Shown here: positions 20,101-29,758 of the stretch, one piece after another | How the letters are laid out: each line of letters starts with the position of its first letter | Position numbering within the stretch: position 1 is the first letter of the stretch | IMG/VR virus record: IMGVR_UViG_3300008952_000015 | Span: 32,001 to 96,000 of that record | Strand: one strand, 5' to 3' | Length of the DNA: 64,000 bases | DNA from: a virus | Made by a program: the position numbers and the translations under genes | Notes under the pieces: model-generated | Seen by the model: the letters and a program-made list of their open reading frames with translations, nothing else | Told to the model about the DNA's origin: nothing | The model's database searches: none

Positions 20101-23100
20101 TTACCCTATAACCTCTTGTGCATATTTCCCTAAAAATAAGAGGTTCTCCACCACGTCTGCTCTAGCCATAAGACTCTCGCCTATAAGCTCTCTCCCTGTT
20201 CCATTTGCATTCGCATACATATTAGCATGAGTAGAGAGAGGGACGACAGTAGAATTCCCCGTATTATTGACAACATATAAACTAAACTGCGGCGGCCACG
20301 CCTTAGGGCCGGTTGCGTTACCCCAGGGAGCATGTGGCTGCGGCCAACGACCATCTGCCTTAAAGCCAGGATCTCCCAAGTTATCCTTATAAGCATTTAA
20401 AGGAGTTGTTGGAATACCATTTTCTATGTTCCATTCAGGGCAAAAGGCTATACTAAAGTCTGAGCCTGTTAGTCCCGCAGGTGATGGCGGGCCTGCAAGG
20501 TGGCCGGGATCAAATAACTCAAGGGGGCGATAAGTACCCATGTTATGCTCCGGATCAGTACTCATAACATCCGTTAATATTCCACCATATTTGCCCGACC
20601 CATCAGGCTGAACCGATATATAACCCTTATACGTAAAAGAGATTACCTCATGCCACCCAATTCCATATGGGCCTCCATCGGTAGGGGCGTGTTGTGGATC
20701 TCTGGTTGTATAACTTATCGTGCCATTTATAACAAACTGATAACTGGCAGGATACCTTGGAATAAAACACCTATCCCCTTCATGCGGCCCACCAGATGGT
20801 TCATCATGACCTCCATCTAAATATGCTTTAAACTCAAACCACGGAGGCCCAGAATTCACCGGATACCAGTCTTCTGTTCCATCCGCATTCACATCATCAG
20901 TAATTTCGCTTTTATTATAGCTCCAACTACCATAGAAGGTCAAAGAAGAGGCCTGTGCTGTACCGGGCTGATCCCATGTAGTCTTCTTTATATCATTCCA
21001 AGGAGAGCCAAGCAAGACCATGTGATCGGGCTGAGCAGGCGGTGGGGAGGTCGGGTATGATGCGGGATATATCGGTGGGCGATGTTGATAAGACGCTGGA
21101 CCAAACCCTTGTCCTACAAACTTTTTATGTAAATGTCCTCCAGACGCATACACACGCTGTCCGTATAAGTAAGAGTAACTCTCCTTGCCTTGTGCTATAC
21201 AAAAAAGAGGCTCGGACAGGCCCGTCAATGTCCACTTTGTGTTAGGGTTTCCATTCGGGTATAGCCCCCAGATTGGTCCCATATGATCCATGGGGAAGAA
21301 GTATTTTTTTACGAGATTTGAAGTCCCATTAAGTATGGAGGAATGATGCCCCCCCTCTATAATATTTGAATAATGATAAGGAAGAAGCTCATAAGGAGGA
21401 TGCTTGGTTCCGGCTCTATGATCAATAAAAGCTCCGCCGCCAAGTATGCTAGACCCATAGCTAGAAGAAATGTGATTCCTTTGGCCGCCCAAGATAGATG
21501 AGTAAAGGCTGTTGTCTAAAAATGTACCAGCAACTGCTGAAGAATGTTCTGGGGAGCTTGTTATAACGTTACTAACACCTCCGACAATATAGGATGTTTG
21601 GACTCCGAACCCTGACGATCCCCAATGTCGTGGATTCGAAGCGCCAAAGTGAGGCCACCTTGGACCAGCACTAGGTTCAGCCCACGGAGCTAAGCATCCC
21701 CAAAACGCATTGTGACTTGGATCTGGATCTCCTTTATGTGGCGTATGATTTATGCCGTTACCAATTCCTCCGAAAATCCCTGAATAGAGCACATCTGTAG
21801 AGTATTGGTCCTGAAGTATAACGTTGTTTCCGCCGCCAACAATGATGTCGTTAAACATCATCTTATAGGGACCTACTGAGCCAAAGGCGGTCAGCTCATT
21901 GTTTACTCCTCCGAAAATTTGAGAATGCGAATTGCCCGACTCCACTCCGCCCATTCGACAGTTATCACTACCAATTATAAAATTAAAAGAAGGCTTTACA
22001 GGCCCCCCAGTAATATGATTACCTGACCCCCCAATCACTCCGGAGAAATGTGACGGAGTCCCTTTTATAATCCTGGTATTAAAAGATGTATACCCCTCTC
22101 CTATCGTAAGTGGCTCGGCATTAGATCCGTGTCCAAAGAGAATACTGTTACTAGACTCTCTTATCGAACCAAACGATCCGCCTATACTTATTGATTTGTT
22201 TCCAGAGATACGAACATTATCTCCGCCTATGATAGTAGAGTTATAGCCATAAATAGTGTTGACCTTACCCCCGATGATAGTACCGAAATCAGGCTTTGGC
22301 CAGGGGGAAGCTGGATCAAACTTGAGAATATTTCTTTCCCCCCCAGCAACTATAGAGGCGTCCGAAAAGATCTCGTTCTTCACCCCTCCAGAAATAATAG
22401 AAGCGGCCCCACTTACTACATTTTCAGTACCGCCAGAGATGGTGGAGAAATCGCCTGCTACTCGCTGCGATATACCTCCGCCGATAGAAGAGGCTTCTCC
22501 TACTACCAGATTCTTGTATCCGCCTAAAATAGAAGAGGAATCTCCGTCTACAGTATTATTAGACCCCCCTCCTATTACCTGCCCCCTTGGGCTCGCAGGA
22601 GGCACTGTTGTCTTTGTCTTATTGTTACGGCCTCCTGAAATTGCAGAGAAATCTCCTTCTGCAACGTTGTTATGCCCGCCGCCCACAGCGGTATGAAGCC
22701 CAACAGTAACATTGCGATTACCTCCGGAGACTACGGATTCAAAGCCATACGCCTTATTCTCCCGCCCTCCGCCAATACACGCGCCTTCCTCTTGAATAAT
22801 GTTTCCATGACCACCTGCAATATTTGAATGTATTGCAGAAATAGTTGCTTTATTTCCCTCTCCTCCAGAGACCACAGAATACTGCCCACTAGCAAGGTTG
22901 TCTTTGCCTCCGCCAACAGCGGCCCCTCTCTCTGTCGCAGAAGTGTTAAATCCTAAGGCAACAGAGAAATCGCCTCGATTACTAACGTCCCATGCATCTC
23001 CAGTAACAGCTCCCGCTCTAAAGGCTCCCTTTGATTTGTCAAATTGGAAGCGACTATCTCCCTCCCCTCCGGCTAAATCAAGATCGTCCAACGATGATGA

Positions 23101-23616
23101 TCCAAACACAAAGTCAAACCCCGTAGACGTGTCCCAAACATCCGGAATGGGGATGTAATTAGTTCCATCAAAGGTTGTACTCCTTTGTCTTATTAGCTTG
23201 GGCTGTGTACCATCTCCCGCAGGATCTTCATCTTCTTGAAAAACAAGGTCTGCACGTATATGTCTTAGATCTAAATAGTAATAAGTCTTTAGATCGACAG
23301 GATCTACCCTATACTCTGGTATAGCATTTTCTACATGTACGCCGTCCCGAACATTTCTCTTCGTAACTGCGTCATCACCAAGGTTTGGATTTGTTAACTG
23401 GTCTGTTACATGGTCAACTAAATGTACCCGAGGAGCGTGACCGTCACCCCTTAATCCAGAGTGTACGTGTCCACGCACACGCGGATCTTCGTCGTCCATA
23501 GAGTCTGCGTCAGCCGAACCATACAGTCCTCCAAAAATAGAGTTTGCAAAATCTGCTGTTACAACAGTAACGGTAGATTTAAACTTCGTTAGTTTTATGT
23601 CACTGTCCGTAGCCAT
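20101..23616 (-). CDS. Tail fibre-like protein with Gly-rich beta-helix/YadA-head-like repeats (1171 aa)
   Basis: FDKSKGAFRAG.V.G..WD..NRG motif followed by many ~14-aa S.[IV].GG..N repeats. Confidence 0.75.
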   Translation of the reverse strand: MATDSDIKLTKFKSTVTVVTADFANSIFGGLYGSADADSMDDEDPRVRGHVHSGLRGDGHAPRVHLVDHVTDQLTNPNLGDDAVTKRNVRDGVHVENAIPEYRVDPVDLKTYYYLDLRHIRADLVFQEDEDPAGDGTQPKLIRQRSTTFDGTNYIPIPDVWDTSTGFDFVFGSSSLDDLDLAGGEGDSRFQFDKSKGAFRAGAVTGDAWDVSNRGDFSVALGFNTSATERGAAVGGGKDNLASGQYSVVSGGEGNKATISAIHSNIAGGHGNIIQEEGACIGGGRENKAYGFESVVSGGNRNVTVGLHTAVGGGHNNVAEGDFSAISGGRNNKTKTTVPPASPRGQVIGGGSNNTVDGDSSSILGGYKNLVVGEASSIGGGISQRVAGDFSTISGGTENVVSGAASIISGGVKNEIFSDASIVAGGERNILKFDPASPWPKPDFGTIIGGKVNTIYGYNSTIIGGDNVRISGNKSISIGGSFGSIRESSNSILFGHGSNAEPLTIGEGYTSFNTRIIKGTPSHFSGVIGGSGNHITGGPVKPSFNFIIGSDNCRMGGVESGNSHSQIFGGVNNELTAFGSVGPYKMMFNDIIVGGGNNVILQDQYSTDVLYSGIFGGIGNGINHTPHKGDPDPSHNAFWGCLAPWAEPSAGPRWPHFGASNPRHWGSSGFGVQTSYIVGGVSNVITSSPEHSSAVAGTFLDNSLYSSILGGQRNHISSSYGSSILGGGAFIDHRAGTKHPPYELLPYHYSNIIEGGHHSSILNGTSNLVKKYFFPMDHMGPIWGLYPNGNPNTKWTLTGLSEPLFCIAQGKESYSYLYGQRVYASGGHLHKKFVGQGFGPASYQHRPPIYPASYPTSPPPAQPDHMVLLGSPWNDIKKTTWDQPGTAQASSLTFYGSWSYNKSEITDDVNADGTEDWYPVNSGPPWFEFKAYLDGGHDEPSGGPHEGDRCFIPRYPASYQFVINGTISYTTRDPQHAPTDGGPYGIGWHEVISFTYKGYISVQPDGSGKYGGILTDVMSTDPEHNMGTYRPLELFDPGHLAGPPSPAGLTGSDFSIAFCPEWNIENGIPTTPLNAYKDNLGDPGFKADGRWPQPHAPWGNATGPKAWPPQFSLYVVNNTGNSTVVPLSTHANMYANANGTGRELIGESLMARADVVENLLFLGKYAQEVIG

Positions 23617-23637
23617 AACGCCTCTTGCCCAGTCTTT

Positions 23638-23922
23638 TTACTCAGACTCTTTAAAATGCTTCTTAACCTTATCACTTACTTTAAACTTCACTGACTTATA
23701 TGGCTTTAGCATCATTTTCTCTTGAGTTTTCGGGTTTCTAACAGGTCTTGCGGAATGCTCATATAAAAAGAACTTTCCAAAGCCTACGATGGAAACTTCT
23801 CCATCCTCTTCTAGCCCACTAATAATAGACTTGATCATCTCGTCTATCACCTGCAGGGCTTCCTTTTGAGAAAGGAGTGTTTTATCTGAAATATTTTTAG
23901 CCAATTCTCTTTTGTTTATCAT
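23638..23922 (-). CDS. hup: HU/IHF-family DNA-binding protein
   Basis: MINKRELA...GEVSIVGFGKF...RPVRNPKT...VKFKVS. Confidence 0.93.
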   Translation of the reverse strand: MINKRELAKNISDKTLLSQKEALQVIDEMIKSIISGLEEDGEVSIVGFGKFFLYEHSARPVRNPKTQEKMMLKPYKSVKFKVSDKVKKHFKESE

Positions 23923-23932
23923 ACCTAACCCT

Positions 23933-23954
23933 ATATGCGTGCATATGCGTGCAT
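23933..23954. repeat. 10-bp tandem repeat upstream of HU
   Basis: atatgcgtgc x2 between motif B and the HU start. Confidence 0.6.
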
Positions 23955-23968
23955 TACTGATACAAACA

Positions 23969-23984
23969 TTATTATTAATAGTAA
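23969..23984 (-). promoter_or_regulatory. Motif B variant (TTACTATTAATAATAA)
   Basis: 16-mer identical to 58345-58360; upstream of HU and the fibre genes. Confidence 0.55.
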
Positions 23985-23988
23985 GAGG

Positions 23989-24204
23989 CTAAAGAGTTTC
24001 CTCGTCAGAGAATTGGTCGGCGTGCTGTTTTGATTTCTGGTAATCTTCTTCTAATTGCCCAGGGTTTTCTCTATAGTGTCCATAAACTCTAGATAAATCA
24101 CCGTCGTCTGATACAGGGTCTATCCCGTAGTTCTCATACATCTGGTCGACCTTCTTCTTTAAAGCCTCATTCTCTAGCTCGATCTTTGTTTTCTTTGGTG
24201 ACAC
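23989..24204 (-). CDS. Hypothetical protein
   Basis: 71-aa ORF, GTG start with GGAG RBS. Confidence 0.6.
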   Translation of the reverse strand: MSPKKTKIELENEALKKKVDQMYENYGIDPVSDDGDLSRVYGHYRENPGQLEEDYQKSKQHADQFSDEETL

Positions 24205-24221
24205 CGCTACTCCGATAATCC

Positions 24222-24602
24222 TTAATGCAAATCTGCCTTCTTAACAACAGCTCTGCATACCTCTATCATAGACTCCTTTGACATCTTTAGCTTTAAAGCA
24301 TTAACACAATAGGCGCACCAGACAACGTTCCCTTTAACGTAGCCTAGTAGGGGGTCTACACAGTCGAGCGACATCTTAAATGGGTCATGAGTTCTGGAGG
24401 CATCTGACTTTACAACATTCAGCTTTATACCCGAATAAAAGCACTTTCCACCTTGCTCCTCAAACATGGTCATTACATCATCCCTCGTTAGGTCAAATGG
24501 TATGTTTTTCTTAGAAGCCCTAGAGCGGGCATTAGTTACTGCTCTTCCAAACATTATGTTGGGGTAATTCAAGCACTTCTGTCTCCATCCAATCTCAGTC
24601 AT
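24222..24602 (-). CDS. HNH/His-Me-like endonuclease
   Basis: CFYSG...SLDCVDP..GY..GNVVWC..CVN pattern typical of phage endonucleases. Confidence 0.75.
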   Translation of the reverse strand: MTEIGWRQKCLNYPNIMFGRAVTNARSRASKKNIPFDLTRDDVMTMFEEQGGKCFYSGIKLNVVKSDASRTHDPFKMSLDCVDPLLGYVKGNVVWCAYCVNALKLKMSKESMIEVCRAVVKKADLH

Positions 24603-24604
24603 GT

Positions 24605-24859
24605 TTACTCCATCGGCTTATTAAAAACATTCACCATAATTCTCTCACCATGTTTTGCGCCAGAGGCCTTCGCAACAGTTCTAATCGCATTAGCAATTCT
24701 TCCCTGCTTTCCAATAACCTTCCCCACATCTTCTTTGCCAACCTTTATTTCATATAAAGTACCCTCTTTGTCTGTCTCTGCCTGAGCGACACTTACCGAA
24801 GCTTCATCATCAACAATTGCTACAACCATAGTCTTAATAAGATCTTCTATTCCACTCAT
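24605..24859 (-). CDS. khpA: KH-domain RNA-binding protein, KhpA/YlqC family
   Basis: LIKTMVVAIVD...DVGKVIGKQGRIANAIRTV, with the GxxG loop. Confidence 0.9.
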   Translation of the reverse strand: MSGIEDLIKTMVVAIVDDEASVSVAQAETDKEGTLYEIKVGKEDVGKVIGKQGRIANAIRTVAKASGAKHGERIMVNVFNKPME

Positions 24860-24860
24860 T

Positions 24861-25385
24861 TTATTTCTCCTTTACATTAATTTTGATAGGCTCAACGGCC
24901 TCGCTTCTCGGCACAAATACCTCTAACATTCCGTCTTTCATTGAGGCGGCTGAAAGCTTTAGGTTGAAACTAGGATGTATAAAATACTTAGTCCTAAAGT
25001 TTCTCCTGGCAATACCTCTGACAATCATCCCTTGTTGTACTCCAGTCTTAGGAGCCTTAGGAGGATATTCATCAGCCATCTCTGCCTTGCCTTCATCAAG
25101 AGCGCCTCTTGGTCTATCAGCCTTGTTCCCAATGCCTCCAATGCACAACAGATTGCCCTCGACCGTTATAGATACATCAGACGGAGAATATCCGGCCAAC
25201 GCAAAGGCCATATGAAAGCCCTCTTCATCGCACCACTGATCACATCTTGGAAACTTTCCAGCCGATGTCACCTTCTTGTTGCCACCGACCTCTCTATAAA
25301 ACTCATCATCAGCCCAAAGAAGATCAAAAATCCTTCCCGGCACCGAAACTCTGCTCAACATTTCTTTCATATTATTCTTCTCCAT
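24861..25385 (-). CDS. Small heat-shock protein (Hsp20/IbpA-like)
   Basis: ALAGYSPSDVSI...RGIARRNFR...ASMKDGMLEV. Confidence 0.88.
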   Translation of the reverse strand: MEKNNMKEMLSRVSVPGRIFDLLWADDEFYREVGGNKKVTSAGKFPRCDQWCDEEGFHMAFALAGYSPSDVSITVEGNLLCIGGIGNKADRPRGALDEGKAEMADEYPPKAPKTGVQQGMIVRGIARRNFRTKYFIHPSFNLKLSAASMKDGMLEVFVPRSEAVEPIKINVKEK

Positions 25386-25689
25386 CTTCTAATTCTAGAT
25401 GAGCATCCAGATAAAGGCTGACTGTATTAAATGACTCTACGATGCTTGAAATTGACCAGCCAAGCAAAGCTGATATCGCTCCAGCAAACACCGGGTTTAT
25501 TTCAAACCAAAAAGAGCAAGCTACTCCAACCCAAAACCCCGTACACATCGTGCAATTAATTAACTTATTTAAAAAATTAGATTTGCTTGATATAAATTCC
25601 CTTATTGGCTCAAGTAAAGAGCTTAAGACGACTATAACTGTGATTCCAGTACAGCCTAATGTAAAAATTAAAAATTCAACCAAACTCAT
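25372..25689 (-). CDS. Membrane protein, DUF1360-like
   Basis: Hydrophobic helices and CTMCTGFW (CxxCxxxW). Confidence 0.65.
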   Translation of the reverse strand: MSLVEFLIFTLGCTGITVIVVLSSLLEPIREFISSKSNFLNKLINCTMCTGFWVGVACSFWFEINPVFAGAISALLGWSISSIVESFNTVSLYLDAHLELEDGEE

Positions 25690-25792
25690 TATAACTCCGA
25701 CTATCTTATATATACTGTAAAATCATATAACTATCAACAATTTTTGGTTTAAAGTATTTGGAACTGTAAACCTTTTGCCCGAAACTTTCTAT

Positions 25793-26362
25793 TTAAACGA
25801 TCTCGTCTATGACACCAAGCTCTAAAGCACTTTCTGCCGTCATAAACCAATCAACTTTATTTTTTAATACTTCTGTTAATTTCTTTTTGGAAATCTTAGT
25901 AAGCCTAAGGGTCATCTCCTCTATCTTTTTCTGAAGACGCTTTGTCTCTTCAAGCTTCTCTTCTAAATCTTTTACTTTTCCAAAAAACCCAGAAGAGACT
26001 TGGTGGTAAAGGGGTGTTGCATGTCTATAGGCAAATCTTCGATGTCCATTTATCAGGATTACAAACCCACAGGACATGGCAGCTCCTGTCACAACTGTAT
26101 GAATAGGTGTTTCGCTATTTTCCATAACACCAATTAACCCAAAGCATTGATACACTTTTCCTCCATAAGAATCTATATATATCCTTATAGGGTTCGGACT
26201 GTACTCAAGTCCATAAACACAATAAAGCTTGCGCAAGTGCTCATCGTTCTCATTTATTTCTATAATACTTTTAGTGAGTTCGTTTATGGAAGCCTGATCC
26301 ACCTGTTTCGATAGATATAAACTTCTATCCTTTGGAATAGGCAACGTATTTGCCGTAGCCAT
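25793..26362 (-). CDS. clpP: ClpP-family serine protease
   Basis: IYIDSYGG, AMSCG (Ser), YHQ (His), DWFMTAESALELGVIDEI (Asp). Confidence 0.9.
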   Translation of the reverse strand: MATANTLPIPKDRSLYLSKQVDQASINELTKSIIEINENDEHLRKLYCVYGLEYSPNPIRIYIDSYGGKVYQCFGLIGVMENSETPIHTVVTGAAMSCGFVILINGHRRFAYRHATPLYHQVSSGFFGKVKDLEEKLEETKRLQKKIEEMTLRLTKISKKKLTEVLKNKVDWFMTAESALELGVIDEIV

Positions 26363-26526
26363 CTAACCTCCTTTTTGCATAATATGTTATATAAATTTTT
26401 CTATAAATCTGTGTAAAAGATCTTCTTGGTCAAAGTATATACACGGCCAAACTTTTGTCCACATCGAAAAGGTGCTGCTGCACACATACACGCATGTACC
26501 CTCAGGTCTTCTGTGGATAAACCATG

Positions 26527-27255
26527 CTAATCTCTATTATCTTTTGCCTTCAGATAAGACTCAACTGTTACTGGAAAAAGATTCTTTGCAAAATCAAGGC
26601 ACGCCTCTGCAACAACTTGAATCTCCTGCTGCGCTCCTTCATGTATCCTTAGGTCTATAAACTTTAGAAGATTAGATAGGTTGCAGGTTCCGTAGTATTC
26701 GGTATACAAGTTTTGAGGAAGAACACCCCTAGCCTGCTCTCTGCATATATCGTTTTCAATTAGCTCATTATATAGCTCCAGAGACTTTGCATGTAGCTCT
26801 TTTACTCTCTCTCTAGCAGTTCGAGTAACGCTATACTCTCTTACTAAGTCGGGATTAATAAGCTTGTCTACGTTTGAGGCCTGTCTATTGCTCTTGTGCT
26901 GTGTTCTAAACCATTCAGGCTCATAGAACCGAAGGTCGCAATCTGTGTATCTTCTGCTAATTTCATTATAAGACCAGGTTCTATGCCTATGATGCTGCGA
27001 TCTTATGAACAATGGAACAACGAACTTAAAGGTTATTCCACAATGTTCCAATGTAGATGTATGCTTATTTTTAATAAGATATTCCACAAGCCTAACATCC
27101 CTTTCAGAAAGCTCTTCTCCGACTGAATCCTTCCCGAAGGAAACTCTTGCAGATCTTACTACCGTGGCATCTGACCCCCAATGCTGTACAAGCTGTACTC
27201 TTCCTATATCATCTCCGTAAAGATACTTAGTAAGGCCAAACTCCTCGTCATTCAT
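26527..27255 (-). CDS. thyX: FAD-dependent thymidylate synthase
   Basis: ARVS, HTSTLEH, RHRTWSYNEISRRY, EQARGVLP. Confidence 0.96.
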   Translation of the reverse strand: MNDEEFGLTKYLYGDDIGRVQLVQHWGSDATVVRSARVSFGKDSVGEELSERDVRLVEYLIKNKHTSTLEHCGITFKFVVPLFIRSQHHRHRTWSYNEISRRYTDCDLRFYEPEWFRTQHKSNRQASNVDKLINPDLVREYSVTRTARERVKELHAKSLELYNELIENDICREQARGVLPQNLYTEYYGTCNLSNLLKFIDLRIHEGAQQEIQVVAEACLDFAKNLFPVTVESYLKAKDNRD

Positions 27256-28450
27256 CAGGATTTCCTCTGCAAACCATTGTTAGTCTCCGGTCCTCGTCTA
27301 ACAATATATTCGCAACACTTCTAACATCCTCTCTAGTAACCAGATCAATCTTATCTATATACTCCTCGATAGTTGGACATTTAAAAAGCTTTTGCTTAAC
27401 GCCCCAATAAGCGATGCTATAACTATCTTCTATGGCTGAATAAAAAGATGATCTCATTTTGTTCTTTGCCCTCTGCAACTCTTCTTCTGAAACCAGGCTC
27501 TCCCTCATCTTTTGAAGCTCGCTGTCAACTATATTAAGAGCCTCTTCGACATTTGCATCTCTTGTAGAGAAGTCCACCATGCTCACAGCTCCATGCTCCC
27601 AATCATTGTAACTAGACGAAACTCCATAGACCAAGCCCTTCTTTTCTCTAACTTCAGCAAAAAGCCTTGAGTCCATACCTCTACCAAGGATTGTTGTCAT
27701 CAGTTGCGTAGAGTAAATGTGTTCAGAAGGGGTATTAAATCCGGGCGTACCCATCCATACATACGTGTGCTCTATCCCCGCTCGCTCTGCCTCTAAGACC
27801 CTACTCTCTTCATATTTAGAATCAGAAAAAGTTTTACTACCTCGGATCTTGCCAGTCTGCTTACCAAAGTATTTGTTAAGCATATCTCTCATCTTTGTCT
27901 TACTGAGGTTGCTGCAAATAGAGACTATAGCGTCCTTTCTGTTGCAAAACTCGGAGTGAAATCTTGATATTTCAGATCTACTAAACCCAGAAATAGACTC
28001 CGCAGTACCCAAGACAGGAGTTGTGAGATAGTTATCAAAAAAGTTTTCTGAAAACCCCCTCCAGATAAACGCCCCTACATCGTCTAAAGAAGATGCCTCC
28101 TCTTCTTTTACAACCTCTATCTCTCTAAGAATCTCCTCCTCAGGAAAGATAGGATTAAAAACCATATCTGAAAGTATCTCTACACACTTTTCAAGATTTT
28201 CATATGGGACTGATATATAATAGGCGACTGACTCATGCGAAGTAAAGGCATTAGAGTGTCCTCCGAGAAAGGCTATCTCTCTTTGGATTTCAGTTCCAGT
28301 TCTAGTGTGCGTTCCCTTGAATAAAGAGTGCTCTAACATATGAGAGATTCCAGAGCTATAACCCCCCTTCTCCTCGACTCTTGATCCAGCATTAAAAGAT
28401 ATTATTATAGTAGCTAACCTACTATGTGTTTTTGAAACTACATGAATCAC
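27248..28450 (-). CDS. M16 (pitrilysin/insulinase) zinc peptidase
   Basis: HMLEH inverted zincin, NAFT, SRLFAEVREKKGLVY. Confidence 0.93.
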   Translation of the reverse strand: MIHVVSKTHSRLATIIISFNAGSRVEEKGGYSSGISHMLEHSLFKGTHTRTGTEIQREIAFLGGHSNAFTSHESVAYYISVPYENLEKCVEILSDMVFNPIFPEEEILREIEVVKEEEASSLDDVGAFIWRGFSENFFDNYLTTPVLGTAESISGFSRSEISRFHSEFCNRKDAIVSICSNLSKTKMRDMLNKYFGKQTGKIRGSKTFSDSKYEESRVLEAERAGIEHTYVWMGTPGFNTPSEHIYSTQLMTTILGRGMDSRLFAEVREKKGLVYGVSSSYNDWEHGAVSMVDFSTRDANVEEALNIVDSELQKMRESLVSEEELQRAKNKMRSSFYSAIEDSYSIAYWGVKQKLFKCPTIEEYIDKIDLVTREDVRSVANILLDEDRRLTMVCRGNPDE

Positions 28451-28505
28451 TAACTACTCCTATAAATTGTAAAACTATTGCCCGAAATCTTCATTCGGGA
28501 AAACG

Positions 28506-28540
28506 AAAAATGGGGAGGGAGATATTTTCCCCCTCCCCAT
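28506..28540 (-). terminator. Rho-independent terminator
   Basis: 10-bp stem atggggaggg/ccctccccat with a minus-strand U tract, after the vWA gene. Confidence 0.75.
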
Positions 28541-28546
28541 CCAATG

Positions 28547-29689
28547 TTACCGATTCTTGCTTTCAATAACTACTTTCTTTCCATACGGGAATTGAACCCC
28601 AGCATCCTGCTCACATACAGCCCATAACATTCGAGTCTTAGGCTTAGATGGGAATGGGGCATAACCATCTGTGAATACCACTAAGCCATCATACTTGCGT
28701 TCATCTGCAAGATGAATTACCGGCTCAAAGCATGTTCCACCTCGACCAACTATATCAACCTTTGCCGCCTTTTTGCTAAAGGGCTTAGGGTCGCCATGTA
28801 GCCTTGTATCAAATTGAATAAAGTCAACCTCTACATGGTCTATCATTCCATTTAATTCTGTAACAAAGTATTCTAGCTGAGAGTCCGAAACAGACCCAGA
28901 GGTATCAAACGCCACAAGCAATCGACTTGTGTAGTTTCTCTTAGAGCCAGGAGAGGTGAAACCATATCGTCTATTTGGCCTCATTCGGGTGCTCTTTCGC
29001 CCCATAAGAACAAGCTTATTAATAAACCACCTTACTTCCTTCTTCCAATTAACAACTGGCTTATTGGCGGCTATAATCTGGGAAGCTATATTTCCGCTAA
29101 TAGAACCCCAGCCCTTTTTCTCCTGCTCTTTAATAGCTTTCTCTGCGATGTTTCTGACCTTCTCTTCGACAATATCATCGTCAAAGTCATCCCACATAGA
29201 GTGGTCATCAACGGTATCTCCTTTTCCTTCAATGAGTTCATCAAAGTCCTTTCCTTGGCCTTCGCACTCCTTCTTTAGCTTCTCGTAATACCACTCTGAA
29301 GACTGATTATCTTCCAGACCAAACTGATTAGGGTACAAAGCACCCTGCGGCAGACCCTCGATATGACAGTTAATTGCACAATCAGCAGCTATATTGTAGC
29401 CTCTAGGGTTATAAGCAAAGTGCTTAGCTCTAGTAAGATGGTGCAACAAAACGTGCAGAGCCTCATGCTTAAGAACACTTCTAAGCTCAGTCGTGCTAAG
29501 GCCATCTACAAAATCTGGATTATAGTAAAGTGCTAAGTCAACTCGTCTAATAACACCTACGGCAAGCGTTGGAATATCCTTTCTCTCCTTCTTATTAAGG
29601 TGAAGAAAGACCTCTCCGTATAGAGGCTGGAACGTAACAAGCTTTGAGATTGCCGACTCAAGTTTGTTCTTAACATTTGTGTTAGCCAT
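28547..29689 (-). CDS. Metallopeptidase-like plus vWA domain protein (DUF2201-type)
   Basis: HEALH, NIAADCAIN, DTSGS MIDAS, GGT.F, FTDG. Confidence 0.88.
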   Translation of the reverse strand: MANTNVKNKLESAISKLVTFQPLYGEVFLHLNKKERKDIPTLAVGVIRRVDLALYYNPDFVDGLSTTELRSVLKHEALHVLLHHLTRAKHFAYNPRGYNIAADCAINCHIEGLPQGALYPNQFGLEDNQSSEWYYEKLKKECEGQGKDFDELIEGKGDTVDDHSMWDDFDDDIVEEKVRNIAEKAIKEQEKKGWGSISGNIASQIIAANKPVVNWKKEVRWFINKLVLMGRKSTRMRPNRRYGFTSPGSKRNYTSRLLVAFDTSGSVSDSQLEYFVTELNGMIDHVEVDFIQFDTRLHGDPKPFSKKAAKVDIVGRGGTCFEPVIHLADERKYDGLVVFTDGYAPFPSKPKTRMLWAVCEQDAGVQFPYGKKVVIESKNR

Positions 29690-29758
29690 AATTATAGTCT
29701 CCTGTGAAAGTTAAGACACCTTTTAACCCTGTGCCTTCCCGTGGGTAGAAATAAGGGC

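Noticed and set aside
24222-24602. Intron- or intein-associated homing endonuclease
   Set aside because: The ORF is free-standing between intact genes; no split gene or intein motifs were seen in the window.
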